Positions 1 through 13,080 of a stretch of DNA of 64,000 bases are shown here, in pieces. Location of the stretch: the NCBI RefSeq assembly GCF_001677475.2, contig NZ_CP015229.1. One strand, written 5' to 3'. The notes below the pieces were generated by a model. It had not been told where the DNA came from. It worked only from the letters and a program-made list of their open reading frames with translations, and did no database searches. The position numbers and the translations under genes are program-made. The DNA is from Escherichia coli (GTDB lineage: Bacteria; Pseudomonadota; Gammaproteobacteria; Enterobacterales; Enterobacteriaceae). Within the stretch, counting starts at the first letter, position 1; every line of letters starts with the position of its first letter.

Positions 1-684
1 GATCCACTGACCGTCGCGCAATACGGTAACTTCATCACATAACTGGAAGATTTCTTCCATTTTATGCGAGATATAAACAATACCGCAGCCGCGCTCTTTT
101 AATTTACGAATAATAGTGAACAGATGATTGACCTCTTTTTCGGTTAACGAAGAAGTCGGTTCATCCATAATCACAATTTTCGCGTTATAGGAAAACGCTT
201 TGGCGATTTCGATCATCTGCATTTGCGAAACGGATAATGTGCCGACGCGCGCACGCGGATCGATATCAATATCCAGTTCGTCAAAAATCGCTTTGGTTTC
301 GCGGTACATTTTGTCCTGATCGACAAACATGCCTTTGGTGGGATATCGCCCCAGCCACATGTTATCCATCACCGAACGTTGTAATACCAGGTTTAACTCC
401 TGGTGTACCATCGAAATACCATTTTCCAGGGCTTCTTTTGCAGAATGGAAATCGATCTCTTTACCCTGGAATAAAATGGTGCCGGAGTCTTTTTGATAAA
501 TACCAAACAGGCATTTTAATAATGTTGATTTTCCTGCGCCGTTTTCCCCCATTAATGCATGGATAGAATGTGGCCGGACTTTTAAATTAACGTTATCAAG
601 TGCCTTAACACCAGGAAAGGACTTGTTGATACCGCTCATTTCCAACAAGTATTCCCCGGAAGACGGAGTCGTTGAGCTGACCAT
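1..684 (-). CDS. mglA: Galactose/methyl-galactoside ABC transporter ATP-binding protein, N-terminal part only (3' end lies beyond window start)
   Basis: Minus-strand translation from ATG at 684 reads [32 protein letters not shown]...GENGAGKST (Walker A); sits immediately downstream of mglB. Confidence 0.9.
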   Translation of the reverse strand, partial: MVSSTTPSSGEYLLEMSGINKSFPGVKALDNVNLKVRPHSIHALMGENGAGKSTLLKCLFGIYQKDSGTILFQGKEIDFHSAKEALENGISMVHQELNLVLQRSVMDNMWLGRYPTKGMFVDQDKMYRETKAIFDELDIDIDPRARVGTLSVSQMQMIEIAKAFSYNAKIVIMDEPTSSLTEKEVNHLFTIIRKLKERGCGIVYISHKMEEIFQLCDEVTVLRDGQWI

Positions 685-744
685 ATAATTTTACCTTGTT
701 GGCCATACAATAAGGGCGCAGTAAACGACTGCGCCCAATCAGTC

Positions 745-1743
745 TTATTTCTTGCTGAATTCAGCCAGGTTGTCTTTATCTACGCCAACATAAGGTACGC
801 GGACCACTTTGTTGTCGATTTTCCAGTTGGTGCCATCAGCCGCACCTTTGCCATCGGCCAGGTTTTTGGCCAGATCAAAGGTCGCTTTCGCCTGGTTGTT
901 AGCATCGTTCAGTACGGTGCCCGCCAGTGCACCGGATTTCACCAGCGCCAGCGCTTCTGGCAGCGCATCGACGCCAAACACCGGAATGCTGGACTTGTTG
1001 TGTGCTTTCAGTGCTTCTACCGCGCCCATTGCCATCGCATCGTTGTTGGCGATAACCACTTCGATTTTGTTGGCGTTCGGGCCAGACAGCCAGGCGTCCA
1101 TCTTATCTTTCGCCTGAGCGGTATCCCACATAGCGGTATCTAACTGTAACTGTTCAGTTTTAATGCCTTTGTCGTTCAGCTCTTTAATCACGTAAGTAGT
1201 ACGCGCTTCTGCATCCGGATGGCCCGGTTCACCTTTCAGCAGTACGAATTGAATCTGACCGTCTTTGTTAAGATCCCAACCCTGATTCGCCGCCCAGTGT
1301 TTAGCAATCAAATCGCCCTGAATAATGCCGGACTCTTTGGAGTCAGTGCCAACGTAGTAGGCTTTGTCGTAGCTATCCAGCGCCTTACGAGACGGTTCTT
1401 TGTTAAAGAAAACCACCGGCACGTTTTGCCCACGCGCTTTCTCAATCACCGTACCCGCAGCTGCCGGGTCAACCAGGTTGATTGCCAGTGCCTTCACCCC
1501 TTTCGCCAGCAATACGTCGATCTGATCGTTCTGCTTGGACTGGTCATTCTGAGAATCATTCATCAGCAGCTGAACATCTGGCGCGGCTTTCGCATCTTGC
1601 TCAATAGCCTTGCGCACTACAGACATAAAGTTATCGTCGTACTTATAGATTGTTACACCAATGCGAGTATCAGCAGCGTGTGCAGCGGCACCGAATAACA
1701 TGCTGGCCATCACAGCAGATAGGGTTAACACCTTCTTATTCAT
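745..1743 (-). CDS. mglB: D-galactose/glucose-binding periplasmic protein
   Basis: 332-aa ORF with signal peptide [23 protein letters not shown] followed by the mature GBP sequence [16 protein letters not shown]. Confidence 0.95.
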   Translation of the reverse strand: MNKKVLTLSAVMASMLFGAAAHAADTRIGVTIYKYDDNFMSVVRKAIEQDAKAAPDVQLLMNDSQNDQSKQNDQIDVLLAKGVKALAINLVDPAAAGTVIEKARGQNVPVVFFNKEPSRKALDSYDKAYYVGTDSKESGIIQGDLIAKHWAANQGWDLNKDGQIQFVLLKGEPGHPDAEARTTYVIKELNDKGIKTEQLQLDTAMWDTAQAKDKMDAWLSGPNANKIEVVIANNDAMAMGAVEALKAHNKSSIPVFGVDALPEALALVKSGALAGTVLNDANNQAKATFDLAKNLADGKGAADGTNWKIDNKVVRVPYVGVDKDNLAEFSKK

Positions 1744-1994
1744 GGTATCTCCGGTTTTTCTTATGCAGGGTAGTGCTTGAGATAAATGCTCGGCGGGGCA
1801 GTAGAGTTAATGAAGTGTTACTGAACGCCGAAGCTCACTTTTTAAAATTCGTTCTTCCATGCCCGGTAACGCTCCAGAAAACGGCTTTAATTGTTGTTAT
1901 GACGCTATTACCTCGGTGAAAGTGATTATTCACTGTTACATACGGGTTACAACGTTAAAACGGTGCAATCATAGCTATCACATTGTTAAGATAC

Positions 1995-2026
1995 TGTGAA
2001 ATCACTCACAGATTGAAAGCGGTTAC
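1995..2026. promoter_or_regulatory. Candidate CRP site (TGTGAaatcacTCACA) adjacent to a GalR/GalS-type operator half-palindrome (TGAAAGCGGTTACA) upstream of mglB
   Basis: Near-perfect TGTGA-N6-TCACA at 1995-2010 and gal-operator-like palindrome at 2013-2026, overlapping the galS stop codon. Confidence 0.5.
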
Positions 2027-3063
2027 ATCGCCAGATTTGTTGAGTTAGTGATCGCCGCCGCATTCTGGCGCGTTGCGACAGAATGGCGACGCACTAACGT
2101 CGGCATAAAACAGTGGCTGGCACGAGGATCAATATTTCCTGCTGCCCCCTGCAAGGCCAGTTCGGTGGCTAATTTAGCCATTGAAGCAATGGGATAACGC
2201 ACGGTCGTTAATTGCGGGTCGGTGTAACGAGCGATGGGAATATCATCGAAACCGATGATTGAGAGATGTAACGGAATCGCAATGCCATTATCTTTTAATG
2301 CTGTCAGTGCGCCAGCGGCCATATTGTCGTTATAAGCAAATACAGCGGTAAGTTGTAGATTGCGCCCCAGCAGTTCAACCATCGCCGCCTCACCGCCCGG
2401 CATGTCCGGCGTGCCAGTGCCAATCCAGCTTTCCGGCGGAATAATATCCTGCTCTTTCAACGCACTCATCCAGCCTGCTTTACGCATGGCGTCATCTTCA
2501 ATGCCGTGGCTGGAAGAAAGATAACCAATACGTTGATGACCGTTATTCAGCAACATGCGCGTCGCCATTCGGGCACCGCTGAGATTATCCAGGCAAACGC
2601 AACGATGAGCGTACCCCGGCACAACGCGGTTGATTAACACCATACCGGGAATGTTATCCATAAATTGTGCCAGTTCATCGTCACTCAATGCTTTTGAGTG
2701 AACAATCAACGCATTACAACGTTGGCGAATTAACACCTCAATAGCGTGACGCTCTTTTGCCGCTTCATGATAGCTATTGCCGATTAGCACGTATTTCTGA
2801 TGCTGCTGGGCGACCAGATCCACCGCTTTTACCAGCGCGCCGAAAAACGCATCAGAAACGTCCATCACCACCACGCCAATGGTGTCGCTAACCTGAGTTG
2901 CCAGCGCCTGGGCATTGGCGTTTGGCCGATAATCCAGCTCACTCACGGCTTTCATTACTGCTTCACGCGTGTCGGCACTGACCAGCGTGCTGTTATTGAG
3001 CACCCGGGAAACCGTTGCCACAGAGACGCCAGCCTGACGCGCTACATCACGAATGGTGATCAT
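2023..3063 (-). CDS. galS: LacI/GalR-family repressor of the mgl operon
   Basis: ORF begins [25 protein letters not shown] (HTH) followed by a periplasmic-binding-like sugar-sensing domain; the ORF track adds two upstream codons. Confidence 0.9.
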   Translation of the reverse strand: MITIRDVARQAGVSVATVSRVLNNSTLVSADTREAVMKAVSELDYRPNANAQALATQVSDTIGVVVMDVSDAFFGALVKAVDLVAQQHQKYVLIGNSYHEAAKERHAIEVLIRQRCNALIVHSKALSDDELAQFMDNIPGMVLINRVVPGYAHRCVCLDNLSGARMATRMLLNNGHQRIGYLSSSHGIEDDAMRKAGWMSALKEQDIIPPESWIGTGTPDMPGGEAAMVELLGRNLQLTAVFAYNDNMAAGALTALKDNGIAIPLHLSIIGFDDIPIARYTDPQLTTVRYPIASMAKLATELALQGAAGNIDPRASHCFMPTLVRRHSVATRQNAAAITNSTNLAM

Positions 3064-3204
3064 ATTCACTACCTGTTATGAGATTGCAGTAAATGACTGC
3101 TTGCTGGCGGCTATTTTGTCAGCACTGAATACAGGACTTCGTGAATCGAGTCACAGCAATGGAAACGGTTACAGCCGTTTTGTTAACGAATGTGATCCAG
3201 ATCG

Positions 3205-4362
3205 TTATCTTGATGTTTTAGATATTGCCGGTCCGGCAGCACGCAAAGTTAACTGACGCCAGAGCCATTCCACCGGCCCCTGGCGGAAGTAACGCAGCCA
3301 GATAACAGAGAAGAGGATATTCGCCAGCCATACCGGAATAACAAACGCCAGCAGCTCCAGGCGGTCAAAATGCATAAACAAACCGAGGTGGTAAAAAAGC
3401 GTGGTACAAATCAGCGTTTGCAATAGATAGTTGGTCAGCGCCATCCGTCCGACGCAGGCGATCGCAAGCACCAGCTTAAAGCGGCTCAATTGCGGCCAGA
3501 AGCCATAAAACAGCGACGCATAGCCAATCGCCTGAAACGGCGCACTCAGTTCCCGCGGCATTTGAAGTAAGAAGGCACACCAGCGATACGCCCAGTCCAG
3601 CTGCCATTGCAGGGCGATGGCAGGAAGGTTAATGATCACCCCAATCGCCACCAGCACAAAACCAGTACGACGATAGTGACGTAAGCTGAACTGCCCTTTC
3701 AGCCAGCCGCTGCGCATCAGCGCCGCACCAATGAGCATCATCCCTGCCAGTTGCCAGCCATACTGTGCGCCCAGTGCCAGTAAACTGTTCCCAACACCAT
3801 CGGCACGATTACTGATCGCTTCAACACCACCATGAAGTTTCCAGTATTTTTCATACAAAATAGTCGACGCATCAGGCGTCCAGGCACGGCTGGTCTGGCT
3901 GTCGGAAATCAGCCCCAATAACAGCAAAACGCCAAGCCCCACCAGATAAAGCATGACGCCGGTATTAAACAGGCTTTTTACCGATGGCGCATCGCGCACC
4001 AGCCGCCAGCAGATTAAGCCCACCAGCCCGTAAGCCAGCAGAATATCGCCGTCCCAGAACAATAAACCGTGAATAAAGCCCAGCAAGACTAACAGCGTTA
4101 ACCGCGACTGGATCCAGCGTCTGCCACGGGGCAGCAACATTTGCAGGCCCGCACCAAACAGCAGCGCAAAAAGCGTGAGGAATTTCACCTGGCCGATGAG
4201 ATCGAGAAATGCCCAGGTCCATGCATCCTGTGGCGTAATAGCGCCATACCAGGCGGGATTAAGATAAGCCGCCTTTGGTAGCCCAAAGGCGCTGATGTTT
4301 AATAGCAGGATCCCCAGAATGGCGACGCCGCGAACAAAATCGAGCGTGACGTTGCGCTCCAT
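3205..4362 (-). CDS. yeiB: Inner-membrane protein (DUF418 family)
   Basis: 385-aa hydrophobic multi-TM ORF; conserved position between galS and folE. Confidence 0.8.
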   Translation of the reverse strand: MERNVTLDFVRGVAILGILLLNISAFGLPKAAYLNPAWYGAITPQDAWTWAFLDLIGQVKFLTLFALLFGAGLQMLLPRGRRWIQSRLTLLVLLGFIHGLLFWDGDILLAYGLVGLICWRLVRDAPSVKSLFNTGVMLYLVGLGVLLLLGLISDSQTSRAWTPDASTILYEKYWKLHGGVEAISNRADGVGNSLLALGAQYGWQLAGMMLIGAALMRSGWLKGQFSLRHYRRTGFVLVAIGVIINLPAIALQWQLDWAYRWCAFLLQMPRELSAPFQAIGYASLFYGFWPQLSRFKLVLAIACVGRMALTNYLLQTLICTTLFYHLGLFMHFDRLELLAFVIPVWLANILFSVIWLRYFRQGPVEWLWRQLTLRAAGPAISKTSR

Positions 4363-4378
4363 GGTTCCTGCCTTTTAA

Positions 4379-5047
4379 TCAGTTGTGATGACGCACAGCG
4401 CGCAGAAACTCGTGGCGCGTATTCTGACTGGATTTGAACAATCCACCAAGAGAGGTCGTTGTCGTGGCACTGGTTGCATCGCGGATGCCGCGCGCTTTCA
4501 CGCAGTAATGCACCGCGTCGATAGAGACAGCCACGTTATTGGTGCCCAGCAGCGTTTGTAGCGCAATGAGAATTTGCTGGGTCAGACGTTCCTGTACCTG
4601 TGGGCGCTGGGCAAAGAACTGCACGATGCGGTTAATTTTTGACAGACCGATCACCGAATCTTTCGGGATATAAGCCACCGTCGCTTTGCCATCGATGGTA
4701 ACAAAATGGTGTTCACAGGTGCTGGTCAGGGTGATATCGCGCACGGTGACCATTTCATCGACCTTCATTTTGTTTTCAATGAGGGTGATTTTCGGGAAAT
4801 TGGCGTAATCCAGACCGGAGAAAATTTCATCGACATACATTTTAGCGATGCGATGCGGCGTTTCCATCAAACTGTCATCAGCCAGGTCGAGATTCAGCAG
4901 CTGCATGATTTCGGTCATATGACCAGCAATAAGGCTTTTGCGCGTTTCGTTATCCATTTCATGCACGGGCGGGCGCAGCGGTGTTTCCAGTCCTCGCGCA
5001 ACTAACGCTTCATGAACCAGGGCCGCTTCTTTACTGAGTGATGGCAT
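4379..5047 (-). CDS. folE: GTP cyclohydrolase I
   Basis: 222-aa [27 protein letters not shown]... containing the STCEHH motif. Confidence 0.95.
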
Positions 5048-5271
5048 TTATGATTTCTCCTGCAGGTGTGACGCCTCCGCCCTGCGTGGGGGCAAAGTTA
5101 TTAAGCTGATTTACAGCCTGATTATTGTGCGTGAGGCGGCGCACATAATCCAGTATTCACAGCGATAATTATTGTAATTGCCGCTGCCTTTCATCAGCAG
5201 ATGTTAAAACATCGTTATGCAAATACGGAAGTGAAAGTTACTCACAGCACATTGAATAAACGGTATGATGA

Positions 5272-6141
<870 letters not shown>

Positions 6142-6172
6142 AAGTCCGCCCGGTTCGCCGGGCATCTTCTCA

Positions 6173-8152
6173 TCAGAAGCGATAATCCACTGCCATAAAG
6201 TAACGACGTCCGTCTTCGTTATAGCTGTAGTCATCACGACTGAGATCCTTGTCGCCAAGGTTCAGCACGCCTGCGCGCAGTTTGACGTCTTTAGTTACCT
6301 GCCAGGCCGCGCCGGTATTCCAGATGGTATAACCGCCCGGTGTTTTAGCCGTAGCGCTGTCGGCTCGTTTCTGCCCGGTATAGTGCCCAGAAACATAGAA
6401 TGACCAGTCTTCCAGCGCCAGCGGTTTCCAGTCCAGCGTACCGTTAGCGGTATGGAACGGCAGATCGGATAGCGGTTTGTTTTCGCCGTTGCTGACATCA
6501 CGACCATCGTTGTAGGTGTAGTTGAGTGACAGTTTCCATTCATCGTTGAACGGAATTTTCAGTTCGGTTTCCACGCCCTGAATACGAGCTTTGTTAACGT
6601 TGTAGTAGCTAAATACCGGCACACCGTTCGCTGTAAAACCAACAAAGTTTTGGTAGCCCGGTGCAGCATTGACGTCAGACGTACGGCTGATGCTGATACG
6701 ATCTTTCACATCGTTACGGAAAACGGTAACGCTGGATTCAACCCCTTCCAGCCAGCCTTCTTCACCCATGTAGTAAAGCCCCAGCTCCCAACTTTCGCTG
6801 GTTTCTGGTTTCAGATCCGGGCTACCCACAATCTTACATGCGCCACGGCAGGAATTGCTCGTCCAGTCAGGGCTAAGTTGCAACAGAGAAGGTGCTTTAA
6901 AAGCTGTCGCCCAGCCCCCTTTCACCGTTACGGTGTCGGTGGCGTTATAAACCAGGTAGGCACGCGGACTCCAGTGTTCACCGTAGGTTTCGTGATCGTC
7001 CATACGCACGCCGGTCGTCAGCGCCAGCGGCTCGAAGATCCGCCATTCATCTTCCACAAATAGCGCGTACTGGCTGGCAGACGTTTTGGAGCTGGTTCCC
7101 CCGGTCAGGTTCACCGCATCACTAAGTTTGTCGTGACGCCATTCACCGCCAACCGTGAGAAACTGATTAATCGCCGTCAGCGGCAACGTGTATTTGCCGT
7201 CGACCGTATTGCTTTCGGAAGTTATCGGACTGCTGTTGCCAGGGTTTTTATTCTCGACTTTCTCACCGTAGTATTTCAGTTCGCTGGTGCCGTAATCCCA
7301 ACGCCCATTATGGCTGACGGAGTAGTTCTGGCGTTCCAGGCGGTTTTTGTCCAGCGAGTCGGAATCACGATCCTGACGGTCGAAACCGTATCCGGCAGTA
7401 AAATCGTGATTTTGATTCGGTGTCCAGGCAAATTCGACATTGCCGTCGCGGCTGGAGAATCCTTCAATACGCGGCGTTTCTCCGGTATCGGTTGTCGTTG
7501 AGTTTTGCGGGTCATCCTTTTCACGTTTTGCCAGGCTGCCGTAAGCTTTCATTCCCAGCACACCGTCAATTAATGGTCCGCTGGTAAAGAACTGACCGTT
7601 ATAGGTATCACCGCGATCGCGATGTTCCTGAATGGTGGTATCGACGGTAACGGTACCCGACCATTTCTGACCGATTTTTTTGGTGATGATATTCACTACA
7701 CCGCCGAGCGCATCGGAACCGTACAGCGACGACATCGGGCCACGAACCACTTCAATACGTTCGATGGAATCGACCGGGATCCAGTTCAGATCGAAATCAT
7801 TGTGGCGGAAGACGGCATTGCGGGAGTTAACGCGTTTACCGTCGACAAGAATCAGGGTATAGCTGCTGTCCAGACCACGAATACTAACGCCCTTACGGTT
7901 ATCCCCTTCGTTCGTCAGTTGTACGCCAGGCACTTCTTTGAGGACATCCTTCAGATTCTGTACCGGTTTTCGCTGTAGGTCTTCCTGGGTAATGACGCTG
8001 ATACTGGCGGGAGCATCTTTAAGGTTTTGTTCAACGGAAGATGCAGTGACAACCATCGTTTCGCCATCATCATCGACCGCTAACACAGGCCATGCACAAG
8101 AAATAGCGGACAAACACAGCCCGACCCGTACGAAAGGGTTCAACCTAAACAT
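6173..8152 (-). CDS. cirA: TonB-dependent catecholate siderophore / colicin I receptor
   Basis: 659-aa ORF with signal peptide, TonB box (ETMVVTAS), plug and beta-barrel ending in aromatic F. Confidence 0.95.
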   Translation of the reverse strand: MFRLNPFVRVGLCLSAISCAWPVLAVDDDGETMVVTASSVEQNLKDAPASISVITQEDLQRKPVQNLKDVLKEVPGVQLTNEGDNRKGVSIRGLDSSYTLILVDGKRVNSRNAVFRHNDFDLNWIPVDSIERIEVVRGPMSSLYGSDALGGVVNIITKKIGQKWSGTVTVDTTIQEHRDRGDTYNGQFFTSGPLIDGVLGMKAYGSLAKREKDDPQNSTTTDTGETPRIEGFSSRDGNVEFAWTPNQNHDFTAGYGFDRQDRDSDSLDKNRLERQNYSVSHNGRWDYGTSELKYYGEKVENKNPGNSSPITSESNTVDGKYTLPLTAINQFLTVGGEWRHDKLSDAVNLTGGTSSKTSASQYALFVEDEWRIFEPLALTTGVRMDDHETYGEHWSPRAYLVYNATDTVTVKGGWATAFKAPSLLQLSPDWTSNSCRGACKIVGSPDLKPETSESWELGLYYMGEEGWLEGVESSVTVFRNDVKDRISISRTSDVNAAPGYQNFVGFTANGVPVFSYYNVNKARIQGVETELKIPFNDEWKLSLNYTYNDGRDVSNGENKPLSDLPFHTANGTLDWKPLALEDWSFYVSGHYTGQKRADSATAKTPGGYTIWNTGAAWQVTKDVKLRAGVLNLGDKDLSRDDYSYNEDGRRYFMAVDYRF

Positions 8153-8321
8153 TCCATATCTCCATGAGGTAACTACGAAAATAAAATGGGTTATCGCTCA
8201 CATCTTCTTCACGTCCCCTTGCGTACGGCAGCATCGCGGTGGACTTATTTATATGCAGGTGATCATCCCAGAAAGCCGGAACAGCCTCTGATTTGTCAGC
8301 CTTTTTTGATTGCGGCGTAAC

Positions 8322-8350
8322 GATAATGCAAACGATAACAATTATCAATC
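8322..8350 (-). promoter_or_regulatory. Fur box in the cirA promoter
   Basis: Minus-strand reads GATTGATAATTGTTATCGTTTGCATTATC, matching the GATAATGATAATCATTATC consensus about 170 bp upstream of the cirA start. Confidence 0.6.
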
Positions 8351-8443
8351 CAAATGTTAAATTTTATATCCGCATGATTTGTCAGGGAAATGGAATTGAA
8401 AAAGCCCTCTCGGTTGAGAGGGCTTAGCAAGGAAGGGAGAAAC

Positions 8444-9913
8444 TTATTTCTTATCGTTCTGCGGGAACTTCATTTCGCTGTAGCGTACGAAGTGAGTTCC
8501 TTTAATCAGCTTGTAGCCGAACCAAATAATCAGGAACAGCGGGATACCAATATACGTTGCCGCTACGCCGCCCCAGTCAATGGTATCTTTCAGGAATGCT
8601 TCGTAGTTCTGGCCCAAAGTGATAATCAGACACAGAATGAATGCGAAGATCGGCCCCAGTGGGAAGAAACCTGAACGGTACGGCAGATCGTTAATGTCGT
8701 GTCCCTGCAATACGTAACCGCGACGGAAGCGATAGTGGCTAATGGCAATCCCCAGCCAGGCGATAAAACCCGTCATCCCGGAGGTGTTCAGCAGCCACAG
8801 GTATACCGTCTGATTGCCAAACATGGAGGTCAGGAAGCACAGACCGGCAATCACCGTCGTCGCATACAGCGCATTACGCGGCACGCCACCACGCGACAGT
8901 TTAGCGAAAATGCGCGGCGCTTTACCGTCACACGCCAGGGTGTACAGCATACGAGTAGACGCATACATACCGGAGTTACCCGCTGACAGCACCGCCGTCA
9001 GAATAACTGCGTTCATCACCGCCGCCGCAGAGAGCAGACCCGCGTGCTGGAACACCAGGGTGAACGGACTGACGCTGATGTCTTTAACATCGTTACGCAG
9101 CAGGCTCGGATCGGTGTACGGAATAATCAGGCTGATAATCAGGATCGCGAACACATAGAACAACAGGATTCGCCAGAACACCTGACGTACCGCGCGTGGA
9201 ATGTTTTTCGCCGGATCTTCGGACTCGCCTGCAGCAATACCGATCAGCTCGGTTCCCTGGAAAGAGAAGCCGACAATCATAGCTACGCCGATCATCGCCG
9301 CAAAACCACCAGCAAACGGCGCTTCGCCGATTGTCCAGTTGCTCCAGCCCGCAGGCTGCGCGCCTTTGAAGATACCGATAATCATCAGCACGCCAACGAT
9401 GATAAAGACAATAACTGTCGTGACTTTGATCAGTGAGAACCAGTATTCCGCTTCACCAAAGCCACGAACTGAGATGTAGTTCAGCAGGAAGATAACGCCG
9501 AGGAACAGCGCACTCCAGATCCAGCCCGGTGTATCCGGGAACCACCAGCTCATGACCAGCTGAGCTGCAACCAGGTCAACGGCGATAGTCACCGCCCAGT
9601 TGTACCAGTAGTTCCAGCCCAGCGCGAAGCCAAAGCCTTCTTCAACATAGTTCTGACCATAAGTGGCAAACGAACCGGAAACCGGCATATATGCAGCCAG
9701 TTCACCGAGACTGGTCATCAGGAAGTAAACCATCAGGCCAATCAACATATACGAGAGCAATGCCCCGCCCGGACCTGCCTGAGAAATCGTTGCGCCAGAG
9801 GCAACAAAAAGACCTGTACCGATGGAACCGCCAATGGCAATCATCGTCAGGTGACGCGCCTTTAATTCACGGAGTAAGCCCGGCGCTTCTGTGGTTTTAG
9901 TTTCGGAAACCAT
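8444..9913 (-). CDS. lysP: Lysine-specific permease (APC family)
   Basis: 489-aa 12-TM amino-acid permease ORF, MVSETKTTEAPGLLRELKARHLTMIAIGGSIGTGLF. Confidence 0.95.
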   Translation of the reverse strand: MVSETKTTEAPGLLRELKARHLTMIAIGGSIGTGLFVASGATISQAGPGGALLSYMLIGLMVYFLMTSLGELAAYMPVSGSFATYGQNYVEEGFGFALGWNYWYNWAVTIAVDLVAAQLVMSWWFPDTPGWIWSALFLGVIFLLNYISVRGFGEAEYWFSLIKVTTVIVFIIVGVLMIIGIFKGAQPAGWSNWTIGEAPFAGGFAAMIGVAMIVGFSFQGTELIGIAAGESEDPAKNIPRAVRQVFWRILLFYVFAILIISLIIPYTDPSLLRNDVKDISVSPFTLVFQHAGLLSAAAVMNAVILTAVLSAGNSGMYASTRMLYTLACDGKAPRIFAKLSRGGVPRNALYATTVIAGLCFLTSMFGNQTVYLWLLNTSGMTGFIAWLGIAISHYRFRRGYVLQGHDINDLPYRSGFFPLGPIFAFILCLIITLGQNYEAFLKDTIDWGGVAATYIGIPLFLIIWFGYKLIKGTHFVRYSEMKFPQNDKK

Positions 9914-10117
9914 ACAAAAATGCTATCCATCTTAAAAATGAGGCGCGATTGTAGCAGACGATTGGCAATCCTTCCGGCAGAAATACACGGTTATAAGACA
10001 CCTTCATGATCGCCCAGGGATTATAAGTAAAGCAGCCAATCTCTTTTCTGGCGAATGCATGCTGAGGGCGCTGCGTCACGAAATCGACACAGCACCAGCA
10101 TGTTCTTGTACAGCAAC

Positions 10118-10999
10118 TTAACGCGGTACATTCGCGGGATCGCAATAGTCCAGAAAGCGCCGTAGCGCGTTGGAAAGGTGTTTTTGCCGATGATGTATAC
10201 GCCACAACGTACGCATCAGGCGCGGCAGAGGGACCGCAACTTCACTTAATGTGCCTGCCTGCAATTGATCTTCAATCACCCGTCGCGACAGGCAACTAAT
10301 TCCCAACCCATGACGCACCGCATGTTTGATTGCCTCGGAGTTACCTAATTCCATCGCCATCTCAAACTTCGGTAAATGTGACAGCAACAGATAATCGACA
10401 ATCTCCCGCGTGCCGGAGCCGCGTTCACGCAGGATCCACGGCGCAGCGGCCAGCTGTTCTAAGGTGACCGGACCACGAGCCAATGGCGAAGTCGGCGCGG
10501 CGAAAACCACCAGCTCGTCTTCCAGCCACGGTTCAGAAATGATTTCAGTGCTGTGGCACGGTCCTTCAATAAAGCCAATATCAACGCGGAAATCCAGCAC
10601 CGCTTGCATCACGTCCTGGCTGTTCCCAACGCTAAGTTCAATCGGCAACTGCGGATAATCATGGCGATAACGGGCGATAACTGCAGGCAGAATGTAGTTA
10701 CCGATGGTACTACTGGCATAGATACGAATCGCGCCGTTGTCTTCGCGAAACAGTTGTTCGATTTCAACCGCCTGTTCAAGTAGTGCCAACGCACGCGGAT
10801 AGAGCAGCCGCCCGTGTTCATTAACAACTAGTCTTTTACCCACGCGATCAAACAATTGCACGCCAAGCTGCCCTTCCAGGTCGGTCAAGGCTGCGCTCAC
10901 TGCTGATTGCGACAACGCCAGCATCACCGACGCCTGGGTGGTTGATCCACTTTTCAATACTTCTGCAAAAACTTCCAACTGCCGGAGGGTGATGTGCAT
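10118..10999 (-). CDS. yeiE: LysR-type transcriptional regulator
   Basis: 293-aa ORF with N-terminal HTH ([24 protein letters not shown]) and LysR substrate domain; divergent from yeiH. Confidence 0.9.
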
Positions 11000-11097
11000 A
11001 GTCGCTTACCACTTATAAAGATTAATTATAAATATATAATCAATTTTATTTTTAAACCAGTTAGTCGTAACCTTATGCCCGGTTAAAGGAGAGGGTT

Positions 11098-12147
11098 ATG
11101 ACGAATATCACCTTACAGAAACAACATCGTACACTGTGGCATTTTATTCCGGGGTTAGCCCTGAGTGCAGTTATCACCGGGGTCGCCCTGTGGGGTGGTT
11201 CCATTCCCGCGGTTGCGGGTGCCGGGTTTAGTGCCCTCACCCTCGCAATCTTGTTGGGGATGGTTTTAGGCAACACCATCTATCCGCACATCTGGAAAAG
11301 CTGTGACGGTGGTGTGCTGTTTGCCAAGCAATATTTATTACGTCTGGGTATCATTCTTTATGGCTTCCGTCTGACGTTCTCGCAAATTGCCGATGTCGGT
11401 ATCAGTGGGATCATCATTGACGTGCTGACGCTGTCCAGTACCTTCCTGCTGGCTTGCTTCCTGGGGCAGAAAGTGTTTGGTCTGGATAAGCACACCAGCT
11501 GGTTGATCGGTGCCGGTAGCAGTATCTGTGGCGCTGCCGCGGTACTGGCGACTGAGCCGGTAGTGAAAGCGGAAGCCAGTAAAGTAACCGTGGCTGTTGC
11601 AACCGTTGTTATCTTCGGGACCGTCGCGATTTTCCTCTACCCGGCGATATATCCGCTGATGTCTCAATGGTTTAGTCCGGAAACTTTCGGTATCTACATT
11701 GGTTCTACTGTGCACGAAGTGGCGCAGGTGGTGGCGGCAGGTCATGCCATCAGCCCGGATGCAGAAAACGCAGCAGTTATTTCCAAAATGCTGCGCGTGA
11801 TGATGCTGGCTCCGTTCCTCATCCTGCTGGCGGCGCGTGTTAAACAGCTGTCTGGGGCGAACAGCGGCGAGAAAAGCAAAATCACTATTCCGTGGTTTGC
11901 CATCTTGTTCATCGTAGTTGCCATCTTTAACTCGTTCCACCTGTTACCGCAGAGTGTGGTGAACATGCTGGTAACGCTGGATACCTTCCTGCTGGCAATG
12001 GCGATGGCGGCGCTGGGTCTGACCACTCACGTCAGCGCGCTGAAAAAAGCCGGGGCGAAACCTCTGCTGATGGCACTGGTACTGTTTGCCTGGCTGATTG
12101 TTGGTGGTGGTGCGATTAACTATGTGATTCAAAGCGTCATCGCATAA
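11098..12147 (+). CDS. yeiH: UPF0324 inner-membrane protein
   Basis: 349-aa polytopic membrane ORF divergent from yeiE. Confidence 0.85.
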   Translation: MTNITLQKQHRTLWHFIPGLALSAVITGVALWGGSIPAVAGAGFSALTLAILLGMVLGNTIYPHIWKSCDGGVLFAKQYLLRLGIILYGFRLTFSQIADVGISGIIIDVLTLSSTFLLACFLGQKVFGLDKHTSWLIGAGSSICGAAAVLATEPVVKAEASKVTVAVATVVIFGTVAIFLYPAIYPLMSQWFSPETFGIYIGSTVHEVAQVVAAGHAISPDAENAAVISKMLRVMMLAPFLILLAARVKQLSGANSGEKSKITIPWFAILFIVVAIFNSFHLLPQSVVNMLVTLDTFLLAMAMAALGLTTHVSALKKAGAKPLLMALVLFAWLIVGGGAINYVIQSVIA

Positions 12148-12220
12148 ACCACTACATCTTGCTCCTGTTAACCCGCTATCATTACCGTTTTCCTCCAGCG
12201 GGTTTAACAGGAGTCCTCGC

Positions 12221-13078
12221 ATGAAATACATTGGAGCGCACGTTAGTGCTGCTGGCGGTCTGGCAAATGCCGCAATTCGCGCCGCCGAAATCGACGCAAC
12301 CGCGTTTGCCTTGTTCACCAAAAACCAACGTCAGTGGCGTGCCGCACCGCTCACGACGCAAACCATCGATGAATTCAAAGCCGCCTGTGAAAAATATCAC
12401 TACACATCGGCGCAAATTCTTCCCCACGACAGTTATCTGATTAACCTCGGACATCCGGTCACTGAAGCTCTGGAAAAATCGCGCGATGCCTTTATAGATG
12501 AAATGCAGCGTTGCGAACAGCTGGGGCTTTCTTTGCTCAACTTCCACCCTGGCAGCCATCTGATGCAGATTTCAGAAGAGGATTGCCTTGCGCGTATTGC
12601 CGAATCCATCAACATTGCGCTGGATAAAACTCAAGGTGTAACAGCGGTGATTGAAAACACCGCCGGTCAGGGCAGCAATTTAGGGTTTAAATTCGAACAT
12701 CTCGCGGCGATTATCGATGGCGTGGAAGATAAATCCCGCGTCGGCGTCTGCATTGATACCTGCCATGCTTTCGCTGCCGGGTATGATTTGCGTACTCCAG
12801 CCGAATGCGAGAAAACGTTCGCTGATTTTGCCCGTATTGTTGGCTTTAAGTATCTGCGTGGGATGCACCTTAACGATGCGAAAAGCACCTTTGGCAGCCG
12901 CGTTGACCGCCATCATAGCCTCGGTGAAGGCAATATCGGTCATGATGCGTTCCGCTGGATCATGCAAGACGACCGTTTCGACGGCATTCCGCTGATCCTT
13001 GAAACCATCAACCCGGATATCTGGGCAGAAGAGATCGCCTGGCTGAAAGCGCAACAAACTGAAAAAGCGGTAGCCTGA
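12221..13078 (+). CDS. nfo: Endonuclease IV (AP endonuclease)
   Basis: 285-aa [28 protein letters not shown]... of the xylose-isomerase-like TIM-barrel AP endonuclease 2 family. Confidence 0.95.
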   Translation: MKYIGAHVSAAGGLANAAIRAAEIDATAFALFTKNQRQWRAAPLTTQTIDEFKAACEKYHYTSAQILPHDSYLINLGHPVTEALEKSRDAFIDEMQRCEQLGLSLLNFHPGSHLMQISEEDCLARIAESINIALDKTQGVTAVIENTAGQGSNLGFKFEHLAAIIDGVEDKSRVGVCIDTCHAFAAGYDLRTPAECEKTFADFARIVGFKYLRGMHLNDAKSTFGSRVDRHHSLGEGNIGHDAFRWIMQDDRFDGIPLILETINPDIWAEEIAWLKAQQTEKAVA

Positions 13079-13080
13079 AG

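Noticed and set aside
237-566. 109-aa plus-strand ORF
   Set aside because: Lies antisense inside mglA, whose minus-strand translation matches the ABC ATPase; shadow ORF.
11338-12321. Several minus-strand ORFs (200, 94 and 125 aa) within yeiH and nfo
   Set aside because: Antisense to well-supported genes; Arg/His/Cys-rich shadow ORFs.
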